From: a virus
Lineage: Duplodnaviria > Caudoviricetes
IMG/VR virus record: IMGVR_UViG_3300046786_000930
Span: 4,805 to 68,804 of that record
Length of the DNA stretch: 64,000 nucleotides
Direction: 5' to 3' (one strand)
Shown: piece after piece, positions 38,267 through 47,659 of the stretch
How the letters are laid out: every line of letters starts with the position of its first letter
Numbering within the stretch: the first letter of the stretch is position 1
Translations under genes and position numbers: made by a program
Notes under the pieces: generated by a model
Seen by the model: the letters and a program-made list of their open reading frames with translations, nothing else
Database searches by the model: none
What the model was told of the DNA's origin: nothing

Positions 38267-40608
38267 AAATCTTAAAACTTAAACTGCGTGGAGCTATTGG
38301 AATTCGCAAGGGATTAGGGCTTGAGGAGATTGAAATAGATTTCGCTCAATTCAACTCCGGCATTATTGCACTAACCGGAAAGAATGGCGGAGGAAAAACG
38401 ACAATACTTGAGAACCTTCATCCATTCCGTCAAATGGTTAGCCGTGAAGGAAGTTTGCAATCTCATTTCTACTTAAAAGATAGTTACCGCATACTAACCT
38501 TCGAACAGGACGGCTGTATTTACGAAAGCAAAATCTTAATTGACGCACTAACAGGCGCCAGCGAAGCCTACCTCATTAAAGACGGAAAACCTTTGACTGA
38601 TGGAAAACTTGGTACGTATGATGAAGCGATCGAAAAAGTATTGGGTTCAGCAGATTTGTTTTTCAACTCGGTATTTAGTGGACAACGCTCAAAAGGCATA
38701 GCCGAACTAAAACCAGCCGAAAGGAGAAAATTATTTTACGAACTTCTTAACCTCGATGTGTATGAGCAATACTTAGCCAAAGCAAAAGAGGAATTGCGAA
38801 CCAACGAAACTAAGCTTGCTGAAATTGAGGGAGAAATTAAGGCGCTTTCTGCTGATCAGACCTCGGTTGATATTTTGGAGGACCAGCGTAAGACTTTGCT
38901 TAACGATCAAGCTAACATCATCACCCGCATGACCGATCTTGAAATTGAGAAGGACAATCTTAATAAGTCAGTTCAGGAGATAAAGGTTAAGCTGCAACTA
39001 GCTGAGGAACGGCAATTACAGCAGAAAGATATTGACAATAAAATATTTTCTTTAACCGAAAGCATTGATCAACTTACTAAAGAACATAATTCAAAAATCA
39101 TTCGCTATAACTCTGAAATTGAGCAGAGCAAAAAGCTGATAGATAGGAACAAAAAGCTACTTGAGAACTCCGGGAAGATACAGGAAGCACTTAAGAGAAA
39201 GTCACAAGTTCAAGGTCAAGTTGATGCAGCAAAAGAAACCGGCAATCAGTTACAAAGGGATTACTCTGAACTGCAGAAGGTTTATTCTGATAAACTCAAA
39301 GAGCTAGTCGCTCAAGAAAATCATGTGAACGAGCTCCGTACAAAGAGCAACAATTTGATCAATGCTGTCAAACAGTGTAACGAAGAAATTCTCCGTATTG
39401 AAAACGAAACCAAGCTGATCAAGGAAGTGCCATGCGATGAGCAAACCGGATCAAGTTGTAAGTTCTTAATCAATGCTTATATAGGGAAAAGTAATCTTGA
39501 GAATTTATACGGTAGCCGGAACCTCATACTTGCAGATGGCGATACACTCGAGAAGGAACTTCACGAAGCAGAATCTAAGCTAAGAACCGACAAGCAAGTG
39601 ATTGACGAGAACTATCAGCTAAACAGTAAAACGGTTTCAGATAAATTGGATGAGAATAAGAACCATATTCTAAAACTTACCGCCGAGATAAAAAACATTG
39701 ACGCCGGTAATTGGGAAAAGTTAAATAATGAACTTAAGAATGCAGAGACCGAAATAAAGATGCTTGAGCAGAGCGTAACCGGATCGGAGAATCTTAAAAT
39801 AGAAGCAACCAGTAACTATCAAGCTAACATCACAAGAATTGGGGCGGAGATTGAGGACTTAAAAAAGAAGATTGACGTAAAACTTTTTAATCGGATAAAT
39901 GAATTAATTGCTGAGTTGGCTTCGTTTGAGGATGATCTTGCTGGTAATAAATTAGCGCTAATTATGCTATCTAAAGACCTCGACAAATCAAACTCGGATG
40001 TAGCAAACACCGAGGCACAAATCGAGCAGATAAAAAAGAACGAAGAACGGATTAAGAAGCTTAACCAGGATAAAGCCGGTGTTGAGAACGAGATCCGTGA
40101 CTGGACTTTCCTAACTAAAGCTTTTGACAAAACCGGAATCCCTGTACTGAAGCTTGAAAACTCCGGGATTGAAATAACCACAATTGCTAACGAGCTGCTT
40201 TCCATCTTCGAGAACAAATTTAGAATCGTATTCGAAACCACGAGACTTAAAGCCGATAAGAAAAGCTTCAAGGAAAGCTTTGACATAAATGTAGTTGAGG
40301 AGGAAGGTGTAACCGAGCTAAGCAATAAGTCCGGTGGTGAGCGAGTTTGGATTGAGACCGCATTGCGTTTAGCCGTTTCGCTCGTGGTTCGTCAGCAAGG
40401 AAAGAATATTCAAACATCTTTTGCGGACGAAGTTGATGGAGCTCTTGATCTTAACAATGCTCATTTGTTTTTAGAAATGTTGAGGAGTGCACATAACAAA
40501 AGCGGGGTGCATAACACTTTCTTCATCACTCATCGTCCGGAACTGATTGACTTGATTCCTCAGCGAATAAAATTGGAAGACGGATATTTACAATTAAATG
40601 TTAATTAG
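38263..40608 (+). CDS. sbcC: SbcC/Rad50-like SMC ATPase
   Basis: Walker A GKNGGGKTT, Q-loop SGQ, long coiled coil, signature KSGGE, Walker B/D-loop FADEVDGALD and H-loop ITH. Confidence 0.92.
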   Translation: MKILKLKLRGAIGIRKGLGLEEIEIDFAQFNSGIIALTGKNGGGKTTILENLHPFRQMVSREGSLQSHFYLKDSYRILTFEQDGCIYESKILIDALTGASEAYLIKDGKPLTDGKLGTYDEAIEKVLGSADLFFNSVFSGQRSKGIAELKPAERRKLFYELLNLDVYEQYLAKAKEELRTNETKLAEIEGEIKALSADQTSVDILEDQRKTLLNDQANIITRMTDLEIEKDNLNKSVQEIKVKLQLAEERQLQQKDIDNKIFSLTESIDQLTKEHNSKIIRYNSEIEQSKKLIDRNKKLLENSGKIQEALKRKSQVQGQVDAAKETGNQLQRDYSELQKVYSDKLKELVAQENHVNELRTKSNNLINAVKQCNEEILRIENETKLIKEVPCDEQTGSSCKFLINAYIGKSNLENLYGSRNLILADGDTLEKELHEAESKLRTDKQVIDENYQLNSKTVSDKLDENKNHILKLTAEIKNIDAGNWEKLNNELKNAETEIKMLEQSVTGSENLKIEATSNYQANITRIGAEIEDLKKKIDVKLFNRINELIAELASFEDDLAGNKLALIMLSKDLDKSNSDVANTEAQIEQIKKNEERIKKLNQDKAGVENEIRDWTFLTKAFDKTGIPVLKLENSGIEITTIANELLSIFENKFRIVFETTRLKADKKSFKESFDINVVEEEGVTELSNKSGGERVWIETALRLAVSLVVRQQGKNIQTSFADEVDGALDLNNAHLFLEMLRSAHNKSGVHNTFFITHRPELIDLIPQRIKLEDGYLQLNVN

Positions 40609-40616
40609 GGTTACAA

Positions 40617-41150
40617 ATGAAAAGAATCCCTTTTAATCAATTACAGGACAAACAATATGGTAGGCTAACGATTCTTTCAGAACACTTCGGAACAATAAAT
40701 ATTCATGGCAAACCGAGGCGTATGTTTCTGTGCAAATGCGAATGTGGTAATGAATCTATCGTGGGATATTCTAATTTGATATATGGTATCACGAGATCCT
40801 GTGGATGTCTCATGAAAGAAAAAACTGCTTCATTGAAATTTACACATGGACTTCACGATCACCCTTTATATGCTAGGTGGAAGGGAATGAAGGTTAGATG
40901 TTACAATAAAAATGCAATACAATATTGCGATTGGGGTGGTAGGGGAATAATAATTTGTGACGAGTGGAAGAATAATTTTAAGACATTTTATGATTGGGCA
41001 ATCACAAGTGGTTATAAGAAAGAATTACACCTTGACCGCATAAATAATGATGGGAATTATGAGCCGACCAATTGCCGATTCGTAACTCAAGCACAAAATA
41101 ATAAGAATAAAAGAAAAGCGAATGGTTACTTAAAACTGGAAGTGAATTGA
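40617..41150 (+). CDS. Free-standing HNH homing endonuclease
   Basis: YGRLT, CKCECG, SCGC, WKGMKVRC, GGRGI and LDRINNDGNYEPTNCRF motifs. Confidence 0.85.
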   Translation: MKRIPFNQLQDKQYGRLTILSEHFGTINIHGKPRRMFLCKCECGNESIVGYSNLIYGITRSCGCLMKEKTASLKFTHGLHDHPLYARWKGMKVRCYNKNAIQYCDWGGRGIIICDEWKNNFKTFYDWAITSGYKKELHLDRINNDGNYEPTNCRFVTQAQNNKNKRKANGYLKLEVN

Positions 41151-41152
41151 TT

Positions 41153-41959
41153 ATGAACCTAATACTTTATAAACCGGCTGTGGTTTTTGACATCGAGTCT
41201 ACCGGCACCGACCCGGTAAAAGATGAAATCATAGAACTTGCAATAATTAGAATCGATACTAATAATATTTTCCCGGAGGAACGGTACCGAAAATTTGTAT
41301 ATCGTTTCAACCCGGGAATGCATATACCCGAAGAAGCAACCAAGGTACATGGGATTATTGACGAGGATGTAAAGTCTGAGCCACATTTCGAAGATAAGGC
41401 AGAAGAAATTAAAAAAATATTCTCGGGTTGTGATGTTATCGGTTATAGCAGCAACACTTTTGATGTGCCTATGTTGGTTGAAAAAATGCTCAGACTTGAT
41501 ATTGAAATCTTTAATGAGCAGACAGAGTTCATTGATGTTGCAGTAATATTTAAGAAAAAAGAAGAGCGTACGCTTTCTGCGGCAGTAAAATTTTTCTTGG
41601 ATAAAGAACACGATGGTGCTCATTCGGCCCTGGCTGATGTTGAAGCTACGCTTGAAGTATTAAATGCACAGGTCAAACGATATCCCGACATTGGAAACTC
41701 AGTTGACAGCCTTTCGAAGTTTTCACAATATGATGATAGGAAGATAGTCGATTATGCCGGGAAGCTCGTTTACAATAAGGATGGGAAGGTTTGTTACAAC
41801 ATAGGGAAAGCCAAGGGCGTGCCGGTTGAAGATGATCCCGGTTTTGGCGAATGGATGTTAAGTAAAGACTTTGCATTGGATACTAAAAGGAAGATAATAA
41901 AAATTCTTCAAGAGTCCAGCCAGGATGATTTCGTGAGTGATGAGGAAAATGAAAGCTAA
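41153..41959 (+). CDS. DEDDh 3'-5' exonuclease (DnaQ/Pol III epsilon-like, Bacteroidota-type C-terminus)
   Basis: FDIESTG, FDVPML and HSALADV motifs. C-terminal IGKAKG...DPGFGEWM...DF..DTK. Confidence 0.88.
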   Translation: MNLILYKPAVVFDIESTGTDPVKDEIIELAIIRIDTNNIFPEERYRKFVYRFNPGMHIPEEATKVHGIIDEDVKSEPHFEDKAEEIKKIFSGCDVIGYSSNTFDVPMLVEKMLRLDIEIFNEQTEFIDVAVIFKKKEERTLSAAVKFFLDKEHDGAHSALADVEATLEVLNAQVKRYPDIGNSVDSLSKFSQYDDRKIVDYAGKLVYNKDGKVCYNIGKAKGVPVEDDPGFGEWMLSKDFALDTKRKIIKILQESSQDDFVSDEENES

Positions 41960-42012
41960 CATCGGCATACAGATAGCCCTTGAACTTTTAACCTAAAAAA
42001 AAGGAGTGTGTT

Positions 42013-42555
42013 ATGAAAATCCAGACACTAAAAATTCATCGTAAAACGGCAGAGAAAAAATACAAAGAGTATTTAGAAGCCGTTAAGAAAAATCACCCGA
42101 ATAAAAACTATCGGGAATTGAAAGAAGCCTTCTTTCACGCAAGCAAGGGGAGAAAACTCGTAGATATCATTGAGGTGATTAAAAATGCGGGTACAGACGA
42201 AAACGGACGCCCCATGCTTGCAGTAATTAGGGCAGATGCAGAGGAATGTTATTTTGAAGCATATAGAAATGGGGGAGGGGTATTCAAGATGACTCGTTGG
42301 TGGAAGCGCGGTCAAACCATAGATTTTAGGGAAGGCACTTTTACAAAAGAGGTTGACAGAATTATGGCGGTTGTCCCCACAATCCCACCAAGATTCAGAC
42401 CGAAGGGTTCGCTTTATCGTTATTACATTCTTTGGGAAGCCGACTGGAAAGATGTTCCGGTTGATCCTATTCTGTTAAAACGAGTAAGTAAGAGTTTGTT
42501 TGTTGTCCTGGCTACTTGGAACTTAACAGCAATAGAACGAGCGGCATTGAGATAA
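42013..42555 (+). CDS. Conserved-type phage hypothetical protein
   Basis: AAGGAG Shine-Dalgarno. The VPTIPP...YILWEADW..VPVDPILLKR...VLATWNLT pattern is familiar from phage proteins. Confidence 0.6.
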   Translation: MKIQTLKIHRKTAEKKYKEYLEAVKKNHPNKNYRELKEAFFHASKGRKLVDIIEVIKNAGTDENGRPMLAVIRADAEECYFEAYRNGGGVFKMTRWWKRGQTIDFREGTFTKEVDRIMAVVPTIPPRFRPKGSLYRYYILWEADWKDVPVDPILLKRVSKSLFVVLATWNLTAIERAALR

Positions 42556-42617
42556 TGCGAAATGGTTTGATAAAAGTAAACGGCGGCCACATTAAAGCTG
42601 CTGAGGAGTTGTTTTAG

Positions 42618-43895
42618 ATGGGAAGAATACGATTGCTTGATTTATTTTCCGGCATTGGTGGATTTAGTTTAGCAGCAAAGAGAGTCTACGGAGACAAACT
42701 TGAGATAGTTGGTTATTCTGAAATAGATAAATACGCAATTAAGATTTACGAAAAACATTTTCTGGGAATAAAAAATTATGGAGACATTAGAACTATTCGA
42801 GAGGGAGAAATACCAGACTTCGATTTATGTACTTTTGGATTCCCTTGCCAAGATTTATCTATCGCAGGGAAACGAAAGGGATTTGGCGGACACAGGAGTA
42901 GTCTCTTTCACGAAGCAATTAGAATCATTAACGCAAAGCGACCTAAATATTTTATCTTTGAAAATGTTGCGGGACTGTTCTCATCCCACGAAGGCAAAGA
43001 TTTTATTACGGTTTTACAAGCCATTACCGACATTGGGTATAATGGACAATGGCAACTTATTAACACTAAATGGTTTTTACCCCAAAATAGAGAGCGGATA
43101 TACTTTGTCGGACATCTTAGAGGAGAACCCAGACCAGAAGTATTCCCTATCGGAGAAGGCAATGAAGTCGATAACGAAAGCGGGATTCGGCAAACCAAAA
43201 ATATTGCCGGATCAATAGGAACAAAAAATAATTCTCCACAATGGCGATTTGATTCAAGCACAACCCTAATATCAAATTCCGGATTAAGCAGAAAATGGGT
43301 AGAGAGAGAAGATAATATTGTCCCCCCGCTTCGGGCGAATACGGGTATTGGGCATAATGATTTAATCCAGATTAATAATTCCAAAGAGAGCGGTGGCACA
43401 CAACCATATCAACAGAATAGAATTTACCATGAAGATGGAATTGTTCCGGCACATCAAGCGCAAATGTCATCAAAAAGTTATCTAATCCAAGTAGCAACCA
43501 TAGGCAAAGATTCAGAAGCGACAAGAGTTTATGACACAGAAGGGCTTGCAAGAACAATTAAGAATGGTGGTGGAATGGGTGCTAAAACAGGATTATATGC
43601 GGTTAAACCAGTGCAAATAGGTCATTCGGAATTAGCATGGGCTTCACAAAATGGAACGAACATAGGTGATGAAAACAGAGAGGCATATACCATAAGGAGT
43701 AGTCAACCAAATGGCGTAAGTGTTATGAATAATATTAGGCGACTCACTCCGACAGAATGCGAACGTTTACAAGGATTCCCCGATGGATGGACAGAAGGAA
43801 TTTCTGATTCTCAACGCTATAAATGCTTAGGTAATGCAATAACTGTTCGAGTTGCCGAAGAAATAATAAAAAAATTAGCGAAGAGTTTTAAGTAA
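42618..43895 (+). CDS. C5 cytosine DNA methyltransferase (orphan)
   Basis: Motif I LFSGIGG, IV FPCQDLS, VI FENV, VIII QNRER, IX RRLTPTECERLQGFP and X LGNA. Confidence 0.95.
   Translation: MGRIRLLDLFSGIGGFSLAAKRVYGDKLEIVGYSEIDKYAIKIYEKHFLGIKNYGDIRTIREGEIPDFDLCTFGFPCQDLSIAGKRKGFGGHRSSLFHEAIRIINAKRPKYFIFENVAGLFSSHEGKDFITVLQAITDIGYNGQWQLINTKWFLPQNRERIYFVGHLRGEPRPEVFPIGEGNEVDNESGIRQTKNIAGSIGTKNNSPQWRFDSSTTLISNSGLSRKWVEREDNIVPPLRANTGIGHNDLIQINNSKESGGTQPYQQNRIYHEDGIVPAHQAQMSSKSYLIQVATIGKDSEATRVYDTEGLARTIKNGGGMGAKTGLYAVKPVQIGHSELAWASQNGTNIGDENREAYTIRSSQPNGVSVMNNIRRLTPTECERLQGFPDGWTEGISDSQRYKCLGNAITVRVAEEIIKKLAKSFK
42778..43218 (+). CDS. Nested +1-frame ORF in the methyltransferase (M.EcoHK31I beta-subunit-like)
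   Basis: 146 codons are open across motifs I-VIII of the main frame. It ends with TLSDILEENPDQKYSLSEKA, an element normally part of C5 MTases. Confidence 0.6.
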   Translation: METLELFEREKYQTSIYVLLDSLAKIYLSQGNERDLADTGVVSFTKQLESLTQSDLNILSLKMLRDCSHPTKAKILLRFYKPLPTLGIMDNGNLLTLNGFYPKIESGYTLSDILEENPDQKYSLSEKAMKSITKAGFGKPKILPDQ

Positions 43896-43896
43896 T

Positions 43897-45504
43897 ATGA
43901 TTAAACGAAACATCATTGACCGTGTTTTTAATCTACGCGAATGGCAAGCTGAGGCATTCAGAGCTTTGCTGGCTGTTTATGAAAAAGGAGAAAGGAATTT
44001 CCTTGCAGTGGCTACACCGGGCTCCGGAAAAACAAAATTTGCTTTGAAGGTTGCTCATTACTTCTTATCTGAAAAGATATGTGAGAGAGTTGTGGTTGTT
44101 ACTCCGACCGATAATCTTAAAAGCCAATGGGCGGAGGAAGCTGCTAACTTTGCGGGAATAGACATTGATCCCGATTTCAGCAATAGCATGGGTTGTGAGG
44201 CGGGAGATTATCACGGAATAGTTATTACTTATGCTTTGCTAGGTCAGGATAAAAAGAAGGTCCATGCTCAAAGCACGTTCAGCAGGCGCACTCTGGTAAT
44301 ATTTGATGAGATCCATCATGCCGGGGAAAGTTTGTCGTGGGGAGATGCCATAAAAAATAGTTATGAGAATGCTGTTTTTCGTTTGGCAATTTCCGGTACT
44401 GCTTTTAGATCTGATGATGCCTTAATTCCTTTTATCAAATATGAGAATAGGGTAAGCGTTTCGGATTACACCTATTCCTACGACCGGGCCATAAAGGAGA
44501 ATGTCTGCCGTCCTGTTTACTTTACCATCCATGATGGACAAATGAAATGGAAGGTTGGTTCACAAGAATTTGATCACAACTTTAAGGAAAGCTTAGACCC
44601 GGATCAGGTAAGTAAGCGGCTAAGGACCGCACTCGATCCTCATGGTAATTGGGTAAAGGATGTATTGAGGGCAGCAAATAATAAGTTATCAGAAATCAGA
44701 GCCAGCCATCCAAATGCAGCAGCAATGGTATTTGCTGCAACTCAGCAGCACGCAAAAGAGATTGCCAAGGTTGTGGAGCAATTAACCGGGAAAATGCCTC
44801 CTATCGTTATCAGCGAAGATCAGGAGGGCAATGAGAATATTGAAAAATTTAAGCATTCGAACGAGCGTTGGCTTGTTTCTGTAAAGATGGTCAGCGAGGG
44901 GGTTGATATTCCTCGACTTCGCTTGGGAGTTTATTTCACCATAGTTAAAACAGAAATGTTCTTCAGGCAAGCAGTTGGACGGTTCGTGAGGGTAATTACC
45001 GGGCTTCATCATCAGGATGCTTATATCTTCATCCCACAAGACAAGGATATTGTTAAGCTTGCCGAAACTATTCAGATGGAAAGAGAGCACGCACTCGATG
45101 AAGCTGAGCGGGCAAAAGCCGGAACAGGTGAACCGGAGATGTTTGGCGATTACACTCCCGCGCTAAAAGGTAAGTTCACAATGCTCGGGAGCGAAGCCAC
45201 AGAAAGTAAAACCATTGCCGTGAACGTTGAGCTAACCAACGGAGGAGCTAAATTCAGCATCGATCATAGAAAGCCGTTCAATGAACTGCCGGTATTTCAG
45301 CAGAAGCAGTTAATCCGGGAGAGGTTGAACCTCCTGGCGAAGAAGATTGCTCTCAAGAACCGTAACGGAAACACCAACATAAAGCCGGACTGGAAGTTTG
45401 CACATAAGAAATGGCGGGAAAGCGGCGGTTTGGAAATGGAGTTCGAAACCGTTGAGCAGCTGCAGAGGCGAGAAGATTTTTACATTAAAATGCTGAGAGG
45501 GTAA
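43897..45504 (+). CDS. Superfamily 2 DExH helicase (Res-subunit-like)
   Basis: LREWQ, TPGSGKT, DEIHH, SGTAFR, SEGVDIP and QAVGRFVR motifs. Confidence 0.9.
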   Translation: MIKRNIIDRVFNLREWQAEAFRALLAVYEKGERNFLAVATPGSGKTKFALKVAHYFLSEKICERVVVVTPTDNLKSQWAEEAANFAGIDIDPDFSNSMGCEAGDYHGIVITYALLGQDKKKVHAQSTFSRRTLVIFDEIHHAGESLSWGDAIKNSYENAVFRLAISGTAFRSDDALIPFIKYENRVSVSDYTYSYDRAIKENVCRPVYFTIHDGQMKWKVGSQEFDHNFKESLDPDQVSKRLRTALDPHGNWVKDVLRAANNKLSEIRASHPNAAAMVFAATQQHAKEIAKVVEQLTGKMPPIVISEDQEGNENIEKFKHSNERWLVSVKMVSEGVDIPRLRLGVYFTIVKTEMFFRQAVGRFVRVITGLHHQDAYIFIPQDKDIVKLAETIQMEREHALDEAERAKAGTGEPEMFGDYTPALKGKFTMLGSEATESKTIAVNVELTNGGAKFSIDHRKPFNELPVFQQKQLIRERLNLLAKKIALKNRNGNTNIKPDWKFAHKKWRESGGLEMEFETVEQLQRREDFYIKMLRG

Positions 45505-45505
45505 A

Positions 45506-45973
45506 ATGATAAAACTGGGATGGGGCGAGACTCCTTTCGATAATTTAACAAAAGACGAGCTGTTAAGACTAACTCAAAAGATGTATTCCGCTATTGAATC
45601 AGCACATAGCTGTTTGGCAATAATAAAAATTTCAAGCGACAATGGCTTATTTTGGGGACGTGATGGGACTGGAGGAAACGCATTAGAGAAATGCGAACAA
45701 GTTATTAGACCAATTGAAAAAGAGTTTGATAGCGAATCAATCTACCGATCATTTTATAGATATGCGAATGATTTATTATTTGACAGAAAAAATTTTGGGA
45801 TAATTGGAAGCGGATGGGTTGTGTGTCCCAAGTGTTTACAAATGGTAGGTGAAACCAGAAAGCCAAATGGGGAAAGGACAAGCAACGAAGGCAAGAATTG
45901 TAGTGAAGTTATGGATTGGACAAAATGTGATGGTATATTAGAAAAATTAGACTGGAAGTTCTTTAAAAAATAA
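45506..45973 (+). CDS. Hypothetical protein with Cys motifs
   Basis: Coupled ORF containing CPKC...C...C. Confidence 0.55.
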   Translation: MIKLGWGETPFDNLTKDELLRLTQKMYSAIESAHSCLAIIKISSDNGLFWGRDGTGGNALEKCEQVIRPIEKEFDSESIYRSFYRYANDLLFDRKNFGIIGSGWVVCPKCLQMVGETRKPNGERTSNEGKNCSEVMDWTKCDGILEKLDWKFFKK

Positions 45974-45984
45974 GGATATTAAGT

Positions 45985-46200
45985 ATGGCATGGAACCCTT
46001 CACCTGAAGTAGCCGTTGCAAGGGACTACGGCAAAAAGTTTGACTACAACAAAGTTTACATCATCGCAATAAATGAAACTACAGGAAAGTTCGAGGTTGT
46101 TTCTTACGGTGCAACAAAGCGAGAATGTGATGAAGCAAAAAAATGTGCTGACATCATTTTTGAAAAGATTCGTAGCGGAAATATTGTTATCAGCACATGA
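45985..46200 (+). CDS. Small hypothetical protein
   Basis: AAGGA upstream. MAWNPSPEVAVARD is a plausible phage small protein. Confidence 0.55.
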   Translation: MAWNPSPEVAVARDYGKKFDYNKVYIIAINETTGKFEVVSYGATKRECDEAKKCADIIFEKIRSGNIVIST

Positions 46201-46240
46201 GAACATTCTCCTTGTTTATAAAGTTTTTTTGTTTTATTAT

Positions 46241-46376
46241 CGCATAGCAGATATCTAAATTATTGGTAATTAATATGAAATCAAATTTGGCCCTCAAGGA
46301 CAATTTTTATCCTATCTTCACTGATAGTTTGGAAATCTGCTGTCTGCGAGGGCTGTTATATTTAATCGGAGGTTAA
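46241..46376 (+). promoter_or_regulatory. Structured leader with a 33-aa mini-ORF upstream of the initiator
   Basis: CGCATAGCAGATATCTAAA pairs with TTTGGAAATCTGCTGTCTGCG. GGCCCTC/GAGGGCT is a second possible helix. Mini-ORF at 46275-46376. Confidence 0.4.
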
Positions 46377-46407
46377 TTGTGGATAAAATAATGTGGACAA
46401 TCTTCCG

Positions 46408-47373
46408 ATGAAAAAAAACATTGAGTGGTATCCACACCGAAAGGACTCGCACCGTCACCCAAAGTTTAAGCTTTTAAGAGCAACTTATGGTCAGGAAGGG
46501 TGGGCCTATGAAGGAAAGTTTTGGGCGCTGAACAATATCATTGCCGACAAAGAAAATTGCCAGCTTGATTTAACCAAGAGCAGAAACAAAGCAGTTGTTG
46601 CCGGAGAACTTGACTTGGCCATTGAGGATCTTATGGAATTTATTGCTACGCTTTGTAGTGACGAGATCGAACTTTTGATTGAAATTGAGTCAAATATTTT
46701 TACCACTAAAAAGATAAAGGAGTCCTTCGAAGAGGCGATGAAAACTCGTGAAAAAGCTAGACAAAGGAAGGGTTCACCCGAAAAACAAGAAAGTTCACCC
46801 GAACTTTTATTAAATACAGAGGAACTTTTCCACACAGTAAAGAACAGTAAAGTAAAGAACAGTACAGAACATAACAGTAAAGAACAGGAAACCTTAACTC
46901 CCGATGTGGATAACTCTGTTGATAACTCTAACGAACCGTCTTTACTTTTTAATAATTTTTCCTCCTTTACTTTTTACCAAGACTGCCTACCCTTTGACTT
47001 CGCTGACACCGACTCCGTAAGAAACTCAATAACAAAACTGATCGCTAAGTTCTGTAACGGAACCGCTCCCACTAAGTCTGAGATTACCAGGATATACAAC
47101 ATCGTTACCGCTACGAAGGGAGCGCGGAAGGAAACTTGCTTCAGGATCACTGCAGAGACACTATCGGGATTCAACAGTTTATCACCGGAAAAAAAGAATT
47201 TTGCTTACTTATCGCAAACAATTGAAGGTAAAATCAAGGATGCTAAGACAAAAGCACTAGAAGAAAAAGCTGCGCTGCTGAAGGACAACGAGAAGGAAGA
47301 AACTGAGAATTTTAACGGAAATATAAACGGTGTTGACTTAAATGTGATCGCTGATAAATTAAAATTTACCTAA
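46408..47373 (+). CDS. Phage replication initiator (Lin1244/Lin1753-like N-terminus)
   Basis: WYPHRKDSHRHPKFKLLRATYG..GWAYEGKFWALNNII N-terminus, a KNSKVKNSTEHNSKEQ low-complexity linker and a helical C-terminus. Confidence 0.75.
   Translation: MKKNIEWYPHRKDSHRHPKFKLLRATYGQEGWAYEGKFWALNNIIADKENCQLDLTKSRNKAVVAGELDLAIEDLMEFIATLCSDEIELLIEIESNIFTTKKIKESFEEAMKTREKARQRKGSPEKQESSPELLLNTEELFHTVKNSKVKNSTEHNSKEQETLTPDVDNSVDNSNEPSLLFNNFSSFTFYQDCLPFDFADTDSVRNSITKLIAKFCNGTAPTKSEITRIYNIVTATKGARKETCFRITAETLSGFNSLSPEKKNFAYLSQTIEGKIKDAKTKALEEKAALLKDNEKEETENFNGNINGVDLNVIADKLKFT
46772..46925 (+). repeat. Putative replication origin: iteron-like repeats and DnaA-box matches within the initiator gene
   Basis: GTTCACCCGAA twice, GAACTTTT twice, several ACAGTAAAG/AGAACAG units, TGTGGATAA at 46905 and TGTTGATAA at 46917. 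Confidence 0.5.
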
Positions 47374-47437
47374 AATATTTCTCCCCTTAAAAAAAGAAAA
47401 TGAAAAATATCAATAAACTATCACAACTGGAGGACTT

Positions 47438-47659
47438 ATGAACTTAGCAAACAAAAAAACTCGTTTGTTATTATCAATATGTGCGACAATAATTCTTGTG
47501 TATTTAGATTCTTTTATTGTTTGGCAGATTAAAATAACTGGAGAAACTTGGTATTTACCGCCAACACTCATCATCCTTGTTGTTTTAAGTATAATAAGTT
47601 TTTTTAGTATTGTAGTTTTTGCAACCGATATTGTAGACAACCAACTGGAGGCAAAATGA
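47438..47659 (+). CDS. Two-TM hypothetical protein
   Basis: GGAGG Shine-Dalgarno and two hydrophobic segments. Confidence 0.55.
   Translation: MNLANKKTRLLLSICATIILVYLDSFIVWQIKITGETWYLPPTLIILVVLSIISFFSIVVFATDIVDNQLEAK

Noticed and set aside
39819-40325. Long minus-strand ORFs (e.g. 39819-40325, 25097-25555, 42908-43399, 57147-57590)
   Set aside because: They are antisense shadows of well-supported + strand genes, with Ser/Phe/Leu-rich composition and no motifs.
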